Shown here: positions 12,089 through 22,329 of the stretch, one piece after another
Numbering within the stretch: position 1 is the first letter of the stretch
How the letters are laid out: each line of letters starts with the position of its first letter
Assembly: GCA_051362555.1 (NCBI GenBank)
Contig: CM120644.1
Span: forward strand, 22,156,534-22,220,533
From: Lingula anatina
Taxonomy: Eukaryota; Animalia; Brachiopoda
Reading direction: 5' to 3'
DNA length: 64,000 nucleotides
Notes under the pieces: generated by a model
The model's input: only the letters and a program-made list of their open reading frames with translations
Databases searched by the model: none
Told to the model about the DNA's origin: nothing
Position numbers and translations under genes: made by a program

Positions 12089-13125
12089 CCATGGCCCATA
12101 GGAGCCTATACGCGTGCGTCTTTTAGACGCCCCTTTACATGCGAAAACGACAAGGCCTATGCCGAGTTCGTCTTTTACTACAGAGCTTTGAGAGCCGAAA
12201 ATGGCATGGCTGTGTCTCTTTCGCCACTTACTGAACTCCACAGATGCGAGATTAACACGACCCATGTTGCGTTTGTCTCTCAAAAGACACTGTTATAAAA
12301 CATGAAATAGGCATTACGTGTGATTTTCGCAGCTGAATAAGTAGACCCTTATAAACGAAGTTGACGTGACCTTAGAGTCATGTCGCTTTCAACTTTTACA
12401 AACCTCAAACAAAATCTATCTCCACACAGACGCGCGCGACATGTACTATTGGACATGGGTCAGTTGAAAGCGACATTAACCTAAATGGCTCATGTTACTT
12501 TCAGCCAATTAATTTGAAACAGAAGGACCGTCTTAAAACCCTTTTTATTTGAATCCTTGAAAATAAAAATATGAGTCCATATAATTATTACAAGCAATTA
12601 GCCTCACTGTTATCTAGATAGCACTAAATTATGATGGGATTCAAATGAAAAAAATGTTTTGGGACAGCACAACACTGTTTCAAATTAATTGGATTTGACA
12701 TATAAGAGTTGGCTGAAAGTAACATGAGCCCTTTGGGTTAATAGGGTTTCAACTGACCCATGTCCAATAGTACATGTCGCGCGCGTCTGTGTGGAGATAG
12801 ATTTTGTTGGAGGTTTGTAAGAGTTGAAAGCGACATGACTCTCAAGTTACGTCAACTTCGTTTATAAGGGTCTACTTATTCAGCTGCGAAAATCACACGT
12901 TATGCCTATTTCATGTTTTATAACAGTGTCATTTGAGAGACGAACGCGACATGGGTCGTGTTAATCTCGCATCTGTGGAGTTCAGTAAGTGGCGAAAGAG
13001 ACACAGCCATGTCATTTTCGGCTCTCAAAGCTCTGTAGTAAAAGACGAACTCGGCATAGGCCTTGTCGTTTTCGCATGTAAAGGGGCGTCTAAAAGACGC
13101 ACGCGTAGGCTGCTATGGGCCATGG
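12089..13125. mobile_element. ~1 kb foldback element with ~430-bp inverted arms and TA flanks
   Basis: ta|ccatggcccata ... tatgggccatgg|ta; arms at about 12089-12520 and 12680-13125; mirror ORFs at 12086-12283(-) and 12933-13178(+). Confidence 0.88.
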
Positions 13126-14339
13126 TAAAATACAACCATCATGTATTGTGTCCAAGTAAAACGTTTCCATGCAATTGATCCTTAGAGAATTAGCATTTTA
13201 CCTTAATTAAAAACCGATAATTACAAAGTGTTCCCATTTTCCGTAATGTATATAAAGCATATTATTCAATGAATATAAGCAAAGTTACTAAATACAACGT
13301 GCGCAATTTTAAACCCCATTTATCGGTGATTTATCTTTGACAATTTCCGATTGAGGCAGTAGGTGGCGACACATGTGAAGGTCGTAAAAAATTCTGACTA
13401 TTGTGCATTCGTCTTTTAATTCCTTAAAATGAGTAAAAACGCTTGTACTACTACTACTACTACTACTAAATGATAGGCCTAATTAATTCATATTTAAAAT
13501 GTCAATCTTAATTATTTAAAAGAGGAATAATGTATAGGCCTACTATTATTATCAAGGATTAGCATGTATTTTGTCAATTAATTTCATGGTTTTTCGTAAA
13601 TAACACTTATTGTTAAGTTTACATCTGTCACATACTCAAAATCCCGAAAGTCGACTGAAAAGTGAAAGTGACCAAAGCGAGGATATGCATATGTCCAGTA
13701 GGCCTACATAGGCTACATATAGGCCCTATAGGCCTATCACTTACAATTAAACATCTACAAATCTGACTTCCAGTAGCAATAATTATAAAGAGGTAGTGTC
13801 TCTAGAACTCAGTTAGCTAGCAGTCAAGATTGGACTGTTGCTATCAGTTAGTGTTTCTGTGTGTGTGTGGGGAGGGGGGGGGGGGGGGTGCAGGGTCCAG
13901 CATGCATGGGCACTTAATTAATTCTGATGCCTTCATTTATGTCAAAATTCACGTGTTAAATAATATGAAGAGAGAAAAAATTTTTGGAAGCCATGGAAAA
14001 CAGTGCGACGACCATACTCGATCAAACTTTGCACAATCCGTCGCTCTCTTTTTTTTTTCTCAGTTCCAAGAATATCTCTGCAGGAGCGATCAAAGGCAAT
14101 GACTCATTAATCGACCCACTCCCTTGAGAAATGAACATCCTGTGTTCATGTAGTGTAAGCACGCAGGAAAAAGTAATCCGAGAACTACGCATTACATTTG
14201 CCACACTTAGATAAATCAAAATTGATATAATACTTTATGCCTGCTAATTTTGGATAAAGAGCGATATTTTGAGTGGTCTTATGGCTGATATAATATGTTC
14301 TGATAAGGTTGTAAAACCAGGCATCAAGTAGTTCAGTTA

Positions 14340-14610
14340 TTTGGGACACAAATGACGCCAATGCTATTTCTGACCAATCACGGCGTAAGAAACTGGGTCA
14401 AAACGCAATGATATTGCGAGTGAAATCAGTGGTGCGCCGCTGTTGTTTGTAGCTGTGACGCTTTTCGTGTACCTTTGACGTGGCCACTACGTATTCCACA
14501 GAATTATCCAGTCCGATTGCGGCAAGTTTGGTGACGAAAAGTGCGTAACTGGTAAGTACTCCATTGAGTAATATCAACAGAACAACATGAAGTTCGGCAC
14601 GGTGAGTACT
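14340..14610 (+). promoter_or_regulatory. Probable CREB promoter and non-coding first exon(s) with clustered CRE half-sites
   Basis: CpG-enriched patch; TGACG at 14353, 14456, 14476 and 14532; CCAAT at 14358 and 14374; strong donors G|GTAAGT (14552) and G|GTGAGT (14602). Confidence 0.55.
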
Positions 14611-16952
14611 TTTCGGGTATTTTGTGCTGATTTTCGTTCACAGAAATGAGAAAAAATCTTATCATGGCTCCTGAATAGAGCATTTTGAGGGAGTGCATTT
14701 GGGACATTTCCTAAGAAAAATAAATTCAGTGTTAACCTGCTTTGCCTGCATGATTGTGCTAACTTTGTATATGTTTGTACCTTCAGTGCGTCCCGGTAAA
14801 TTTAAATTAGATTAAACTTGACAGAAACGAGACATTGCCGTAAAAAAATTAAATCAAGAGATTTTTTTCTATTTGTTGAATGAGAAGAAAAAAACAACAA
14901 AATAAAATAAAACAGAAAAGGATCGTATTAAAGTAAGAAAAATTAATTTGTCACCTCATTACTTATTATGTTAACTGATCAGCTGTAACAACGGACAGAC
15001 CCCCTCCCCCACTACCAATGTTGTTGTATAATGTTTGACACTGAACTACTAGTAAGCTTATGATATATTTGTCTGTGATACAAAACACTTTTCACTGCAT
15101 CGATATTTGCACAAGTGATTTTTAAAATTAATTACTTAAAGGAAGCCAGATGTATTTGTTCTGTAGCCATTTTTTCATCATTTACATTGTGTTAAACTGC
15201 AGTTTTATCTGTAATGGTGATGACCTTTTTTCGGTTGAAGTTGACATAAATTTAGACAAAAGAAAAAAATTCACCAAAATTGTCTGTAATATGAAAAAAT
15301 ACTTACATTCCACTGAAAAAAATCTTATTTAAGTTGATAGTTGTAGGATGGAAGTGTGCAAAAACATTTTGAGTAAATTACAACGTAAGCCTATGTTGTG
15401 GTCCCTGTTATTTTCTTGTTGATTTATAAAAAAAGCAATGAATCATTTGACATTGATTTTATAGAATTAGATTTTGCTGAATGAGCAAAAAACATCTTTG
15501 AATGTGATTTACGTCAGAACCTCTTATATTATATAGTTTGTGCATTATTAACCAAAAGTAGCAGTAACAAGGACAAGCTAGAGAGGAAATAAATGGAGAA
15601 CAAAGAAATCGGCTTAAAATTAGGTATTGATTTCTGTAGGTTGCGTAATTGTGTAGGTAGTGGTAAGTATTGTTTTGATTCTGTTTATTCCAGTAAGACC
15701 CTTATGTCTGACTGTTGATTATGACACATAATTAAAGTAGTATTAATAGAATGCCCATGCAAGTAAAGCCATATAAAGTTGTATTTAAAACCCATTCTAA
15801 GTGCATGGATCTCTTCTATTGAACTAATCTCAGGACAGTTATAACTTTTAAAACATTAAATGACAGATAAATGGCCTTAATCGATATCCGATAATTGCAA
15901 AAAATAAATAAATAAATAAATAAACAAATAATAATAATAATCACAATACCTTGTAGACGAGTCATTGGAAATGAATGGCTTTTTGGAAAACCTCTAATGT
16001 GCAAGTTTAAATCTTTGGCTTTATTCCAGAATTATTACAGAGTTATGGCAAGTGTCAGGAAAGGCAGATTACAGGTTTGAAAATCAGGAGAAATTAAATA
16101 CCATTTACCCCAGGATAATTTGTTAGATATAAATGGGACCAAAATCCTCCTTTGTGTACCTCTAATTGTGAGGAAAACGCCATAATATATTAATAATTAA
16201 AAATTATTAATTCAATATATATTTTACAAAACATGTCTTGTTCATTTTAATGGGCAGATATGACAGCTATTTTTCAAATAATGCAAAAATAAGATTGTAC
16301 CCAAAGGGTTTGCCTAAAGGGTCAATGACCCATGAATGGACACCCCCCAATGATATACAAATAATAAAAAAAAATAAATAAATAAAAACTCTACTTTAGT
16401 ACTAAAAATGACAATGTGTACATCTAAAAACGACAATGTGTACATCTGCAACGACCCACCCAAGTGCAAACGTTCTCGGGGTCAAAGCGCTCTACCAGAA
16501 GAGTACCATAGTGCTCTCTGACAGATCGTCTAAACATTGATCTGCCAACCCCTGAACGTGTGCAAATGGGAAGGGCGTTCAAGATGGGAACAACGTGTTT
16601 GAAAAAAGACTGGCAAAACATTTCGGTTCCACAGAAGTTGGCACTGTGGATGATAAAATGATCTCCCCTTCTTTCTCTAAAATACAAATACTTCATATGA
16701 TCAAGTTCAGCCCTGCCATTTCAAGCATTACTACCTGTACAATTGTTTCGAATTTAAATACAATAATCATGTTTAATTTTTTTTTTTTTTCATTTTTAGT
16801 TGCTCACAATGTTCTCAGGCATGAAGAAAGTAACATGATGTTTAAACTTCTCAAAATTTATGAGTTTAGGGCCCTTGGAGAAATTTCTTAATTAATATCA
16901 TATGAGTTTAGAGATATGTTGTCTTACCTGGTGGCTGTTCTGTTGCAGAGCT

Positions 16953-17063
16953 ATGGACATGGTCAACGACAGTGAAGTGACCCCAGGCCAACAGACTGAC
17001 CTTGGAGACACAGGACAAAATATCTCAGTAGTTCACGTAGCTATCCCCAACCAGGCTGTACAG
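16953..17063 (+). CDS. CREB1: CREB1/CREM-family transcription factor, first coding exon (Q1 region)
   Basis: ttgcag acceptor ending 16948, ATG at 16953, MDMVNDSEV...VVHVAIPNQAVQ, donor at 17064. Join 16953-17063, 18176-18324, 18875-19092, 20865-21026, 21300-21438, 22124-22268 = 924 nt, 307 aa. Confidence 0.75.
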
Positions 17064-17808
17064 GTAGGTAACACATGACAAAATATCTCAGTAGTTCATG
17101 AAGCTATCCCTAACCAGGCTGTACAGGTAGGTAACACAGGACAAAATATCTCAGTAGTTCATGTAGCTATCCCTAACCAGGCTGTACAGGTAGGTAACAC
17201 AGGACAAAATATCTCTGTAGTTCATGTAGCTATCCCTAACCAGGCTGTACAGGTAGGTAACACAGGACAAAATATCTCTGTAGTTCATGTAGCTATCCCT
17301 AACCAGGCTGTACAGGTAGGTAACACAGGACAAAATATCTTAGTAGTTCATGTAGCTATCCGTAACCAGGCTGTACAGGTAGGTAACACAGGACAAAATA
17401 TCTCAGTAGTTCATGTAGCTATCCCTAACCAGGCTGTACAGGTAGGTAACACAGGTCAAATATCTCAGTAGTTCATGTAGCTATCCCTAACCAGGCTGTA
17501 CAGGTAGGTAACACAGGACAAAATATCTCAGTAATTCATGTAGCTATCCCCAACCAGGCTGTACAGGTAGGTAACACAGGTCAAAATATCTCAGTAGTTC
17601 ATGTAGCTATCCGTAACCAGGCTGTACAGGTAGGTAACACAGGTCAAAATATCTCAGTAGTTCATGTAGCTATCCCTAACCAGGCTGTACAGGTAGGTAA
17701 CACAGGTCAAAATATCTCAGTAGTTCATGTAGCTATCCCTAACCAGGCTGTACAGGTAGGTAACACAGGACAAAATATCTTAGTAGTTCACGTAGCTATC
17801 CCCAACCA
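17008..17808. repeat. 63-bp minisatellite (~12.7 copies) derived from a CREB exon 3' end plus its 5' splice site
   Basis: Unit acacaggacaaaatatctcagtagttcatgtagctatccctaaccaggctgtacaggtaggta; the first copy overlaps the coding exon. Confidence 0.95.
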
Positions 17809-17967
17809 TGTTTGAATGTACTTAGATCAGAATTGTAATACTACAGTCATCCAAGAAAAATGTTTAAAAGCATAATTCAAGCTTTACAAAGTCAGAGAAG
17901 CCTGCAATTTGTTCCCTTGTTTAATGCTATAATAACACAGTGTTGACAATTAAATAAGTGACATAAG

Positions 17968-18125
17968 CAGGGCTTGACATTAAGGGTGGTCCACTGGCCC
18001 TGGGCCACTGAAAACCAACCTGGGGCCATTGAATCACTGGGGTCGCTGGCCCAAAGAGCAAGAAAAATGGCATGTGTCAAATCATCCTTGCAATATTTAT
18101 CGGAAAAAGTTAGTGTCAAGCCCTG
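17968..18125. mobile_element. Short MITE with hAT-like TIRs
   Basis: cagggcttgacattaa ... ttagtgtcaagccctg; no clear TSD. Confidence 0.65.
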
Positions 18126-18175
18126 ATATGATAGTCACCCCCTGATATAAACTGTCAGTGTATTTTCCGTCTTAG

Positions 18176-18324
18176 GTGCAGTCAGTGATTCAGCCCACCA
18201 GTCAACCTTCTGTGATTCACACGACGCATCAAGGCAACACAATCCACGTGGTCACGGAAGACGAGTTTGAAGAGGCCGAGGGAAAGAAGAGAAGAGAAAT
18301 ATTAAACAGGCGTCCATCATACAG
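18176..18324 (+). CDS. CREB1: CREB exon: Q1 end and KID N-terminal half with the PKA site
   Basis: VQSVIQP...KKRREILNRRPSYR (RRPSY, Ser133-equivalent); gtatgg donor. Confidence 0.95.
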
Positions 18325-18874
18325 GTATGGTGTACAGAAATGTTGATGCATTAGCCGTTCAACTTTGTTGTAATAAGTGTCATTTATATTAAAAAGGCAT
18401 TAATATTATAATGGGCAGAGAAACAAAGAGAAAAACTGCATTTTTCACCTGTCAACTGAAGTGAAAATAGTAGAAATTCCTATATCAGCTAATTCAGCTG
18501 GAGTTCTAAGTTAGGAAGAAGTTGTCCCTATTTTAGTTTGAACCTAGATAGGCTGACAGGGGGTTTCCAAGGAATGGGGGGTGGGGGGTCCAAAGTGTAA
18601 ATCTGAAATTTTGTTCATGTATTTATAGGGAGTCCAAACCAAACAAGCCCAACCCAAAAAAATTTTTCTTTGAGGGAAACTTTGTAGGCTTCTGATTTTT
18701 TGAGCTGTTTACAAAAAGAAAAAAAGTGTTCAGATCTCATCAACAGTTGTCTTAACCCTACAGCAATCTGATAATATTTTCCAAGTTTTGAATATTGAAA
18801 AACTGATATTTCTTATTGCATCATGGCTATTTTGGTTGAGAGACTTTTAAACATGATATCCTTTTTCCATTCAG

Positions 18875-19092
18875 AAAAATCCTGAACGAGCTGTCATCAG
18901 ACACGGGCGGCATCAGCGGGATGACGAAGATCACGGAGGAGGACTCCAACAGCAGTCAGGAGGGTATGGAAGCCGCGGACGGGGCTAGCAATCTCAGTAC
19001 GTCACAACAACAGAATGTGGTTGTGTCGGCGACGTCTGTCGCAGCGGCTGGTAATACTGTTCAGTACCAGCAGGCAGGCGGCACTGTCACAG
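18875..19092 (+). CDS. CREB1: CREB exon: KID C-terminal half
   Basis: KILNELSSD continues the KID motif in frame; phases are consistent; donor at 19093. Confidence 0.88.
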
Positions 19093-20864
19093 GTAGTCAC
19101 CCGTCTGTCCCTCCCTAGGGGGGGTGGGGCTCTTATCTGTAGGTGCTCCACACATTTCGTAGACTTGATCATGTCAGTCCTCCATAGTGCTCTTGTCTGG
19201 AAGCTGTGTATGAAGATGGTAGTTTGATCAGGTCTTTATTTTGGGGACTATGAACATTTTTAAACAAGCTACTATCTAGTAGAAGTGGAAATGTTAGGCA
19301 AGACTTCTCTTATGTATATTGTCATTATGAATGCTGTCCAGCTTTCCTGTATATATAGAAGATGTCTTCAGTTTTTGCTGGCTCTGCACTTATATAGTTG
19401 ATGATACTGCTGTGTCTAGCACTGACTGTTGTTGATGTTGTCATCATTGTTACTGTAATGATTATCATCAGGGTAGAAGATGTTTGTTTCTCAGAGTCAT
19501 TTCTTCTGTTTAGTATGCATGTCTGTGTGCCTGCCCATTGCAAACAATTTGCCTTCTTAGTAGAAACAGTCAATTTTTTTGGAGGGAGATTTTGTTCTGC
19601 TGTATTCTGTATATTGTTTTAATTCAAATTTTTATTTTGCCATTATTTGTTTTTAATTAAGTTGATGTGTGCAGTTTTTGTCTGGTGGCATTGTGGGACA
19701 TTGACTGAGACTGACTTCACATCAGTTTCAACTGAAAACAGCTCAGCTTTAGAAATGGACAAACCACTTAATCAGTTGTAAAATTAAGTCACTATTGAAG
19801 ATGATTCTTTGGGGTTGGAAACTGTTCAGAGGGACACCTTAGTCAGTGGAAAGCAATTGTTAATGGTTTTGTTTGGTGACTGCCTTATTTTAAGCTCAAG
19901 GTTTTTATTCAGCTTGATATGAACATAGTCACCTAGCTCTGTTGAAAGCACTATCAGCCCATCTGTTTGTGGTAGCTGAACAGTGGAAAGTCCGATTCAC
20001 ACCAAGTCCTATAGTCATGCCAATGAGGAAGAAGTTAGCACAGCTTTGTACTGTCTGATAGAACACTGTATAATCTGTGGCAGAGGATTGTTTGTTACCT
20101 TGTGCTACAGCCACAGAGGACTGGCTGCTGTGTTGATATAGCTTCCTCATTGCTGTGGCGTTAGTTCAGCTGGATAAAAACTGCTATATCTCCATGGTAA
20201 CACAGCCACAGTTTTGTGCAGTTGTCTAGCCATGTTATGTCTGCCTGGTGTAGTGTGGTCACAAAGCAAAAGTGGCTTTTTTTTTTTTTCTCATTTATTT
20301 CTCCCCCAGTCCTGTAGATATGTGTAGAAATACAAAGGTACAATACTGAGGTTGCATGCTTAGCTGTCCCCACACTTAAAGTAAACTTGATAAATAACGA
20401 TGAAAGCTCTTGACATGTTAAAAACGAGCTTTCTTGAGTAAGCAGAGTAACATTAATGTCCATTACTAGTATTTAACAAAAATTTTAAAAGTTCTTTTAA
20501 CCTATGTGATAAATAACTTATGATGAGTAGGTTACTAAGTGCAGTGCAAGTTGTATTCAATTTTGTTTGTTAAAAAGGAACTCTTGAGTTGGTACAGAAC
20601 CTTTGAAATCCATTGGATTAATTACCAAATTTAAGGGACAACAGTGCTGGGTTAACAACAACAGGCATTTTAAAGCAAATTAATGGAAAACTCCATATTT
20701 TTTTGCCAAAATTGGTCAGTTGAGAGAAAAAAGAGAGAAAAAAAGAAAAAAAAAACAAACAAAGTGAAATACATCTTTGCACATCCAAAGCACAGTGTGT
20801 ATTTTAGTTAATGTTTTAGCTGTGAGTGAAGTGAAGTACTTGTATTTGTCCCGTTGTGTTCCAG

Positions 20865-21026
20865 TAGTTCCCACCCATACTATCCAGATAGCCTCCCACG
20901 GTGACGGGATACCACACACGGGTGTCCAGACACTGACCATGTCCAACACTGGCCTGGTCACCTCACCAGGGGGAGCCACTATTGTCCAGTATGCACAGGG
21001 GCCAGATGGACAGTTTTTTATACCAG
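20865..21026 (+). CDS. CREB1: CREB exon: Q2 domain
   Basis: IQIASHGDG...GVQTLTMSN...TIVQYAQGPDGQFFIP, typical of CREB Q2; CAGTAG (NAGNAG) acceptor. Confidence 0.92.
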
Positions 21027-21299
21027 GTAAAGACGGTCATCCAAATTTCCTATTACTGTTTTCTCCAAGGTTTTATTGTTTGTTTGTTTTTTCTGTATCT
21101 GAGCAGAACTAAAGTCATTTGTAGAGATGAGAGTTTTGATACTTCATTTAAAATTGATAAAAATAATAACACCATGATTTACTGATAAAAATGCTCCAAC
21201 GCCAGTGACATTGTTGGCCAAAGATCTAAAACCAGTAAATATGATATTCTCCATGCATTCAATAACCTCCTGATGCTGATCCCACTGCTTTGATTTCAG

Positions 21300-21438
21300 C
21301 CACCAATGTCCAGGCCTATCAGATAGCCACGCCCACCTCGCTCCCCCAGGGTGTCGTCATGACAACAGCCATGGGGAGTCCCCAGGGGGTGGGAGAGGAG
21401 GCCTCCAGGAAGAGGGAACTGAGGTTACTGAAAAACAG
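21300..21438 (+). CDS. CREB1: CREB exon: Q2 end and start of the basic region
   Basis: VQAYQIATPTSLPQGVVM...EEASRKRELRLLKNR; gtatgt donor at 21439. Confidence 0.95.
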
Positions 21439-21913
21439 GTATGTGTTTTATTAGTGTGTGCTTGTGCATATTTGTAGTCTGACAAGGCAGGCTTGGGTCA
21501 AGATAGCGCATTGAATTTTTTGATCATAAGGCATGAATGATTTCCTTTGGCAAAAAAAAAAAAAAAAAAGAATCTCAAATTATTCTTTTAATTTTGATTT
21601 TCCAAAAAAAAAAAAAAAAATGTGTAGGTGTAAATCTTACCCTTTTAATGTAGATAATGTTGATTTAGATTTGTCTGCACTTCATGACCAGCTGTAGCCT
21701 TGCTGCTTGTTGTTGATTAGTTGCTTCTAGAGTAGTGCTGTAGATAAGCTTGATCACACAAAAAAGATGTGAAATATGCCTGTATTTTTTCTTGCGACGA
21801 AACCCAGAGGTTGTTAAATGATTAGTTATTTGATTTTGGAAAGTTATGGTTGTGTAAAGATGTCATGGTCAATTCAAAATGAATAAATCTCGTCTTAACT
21901 TTGATTTCTTCAG

Positions 21914-22058
21914 AGAGGCAGCCTCTGAATGTCGTCGGAAGAAGAAAGAATACATCAAGTGTTTAGAGAACCGTGTGGCAGTGCTCGAAAATCAGAATAA
22001 AACGCTTATGGAGGAGTTGAAATCTTTGAAAGAACTCTACTGCCAGAAAGATGCATGA
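21914..22058 (+). CDS. CREB1: CREB alternative terminal bZIP exon A (EAASECRR variant)
   Basis: ttcttcag acceptor; EAASECRRKKKEYIKCLENRVAVLENQNKTLMEELKSLKELYCQKDA then TGA; intact and in the correct phase. Confidence 0.85.
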
Positions 22059-22123
22059 ATGAATGAAATTCCAGCAAACCATCGTCTAATAGATGCTAAT
22101 TGTTATCTATTTTGGTTCTTCAG

Positions 22124-22268
22124 AGAAGCTGCTCGTGAGTGTCGGCGGAAGAAGAAAGAGTACATCAAGTGTTTAGAAAATCGTGTTGCGGTGCTTGAAA
22201 ATCAGAATAAGACTCTCATGGAGGAATTGAAATCTTTAAAAGAACTCTATTGTCAAAAGGATGCTTGA
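22124..22268 (+). CDS. CREB1: CREB alternative terminal bZIP exon B (canonical EAARECRR)
   Basis: ttcttcag acceptor; EAARECRRKKKEYIKCLENRVAVLENQNKTLMEELKSLKELYCQKDA then TGA. Confidence 0.93.
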
Positions 22269-22329
22269 GACAGTTCAGTTTGTGCTGGAAGGCAAGTTTC
22301 CAATGGCAAGAAGATAAATCATACTCGGG

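Noticed and set aside
12086-13178. Two near-identical small ORFs on opposite strands
   Set aside because: They are a by-product of the foldback element's inverted arms, with TTG starts and no domain.
17151-17333. 60-aa repetitive ORF on the minus strand
   Set aside because: Antisense translation of the 63-bp minisatellite.
19093-20864. ICER-like internal CREB promoter
   Set aside because: Only an isolated CRE-like TGACTTCA near 19712; no clustered CARE sites and no clear short first exon.
22059-22268. Stand-alone 69-aa bZIP ORF from ATG 22059
   Set aside because: Better explained as exon B plus open intron sequence; it lacks the N-terminal half of the basic region. Re-initiation after the exon A stop cannot be excluded but has no support.
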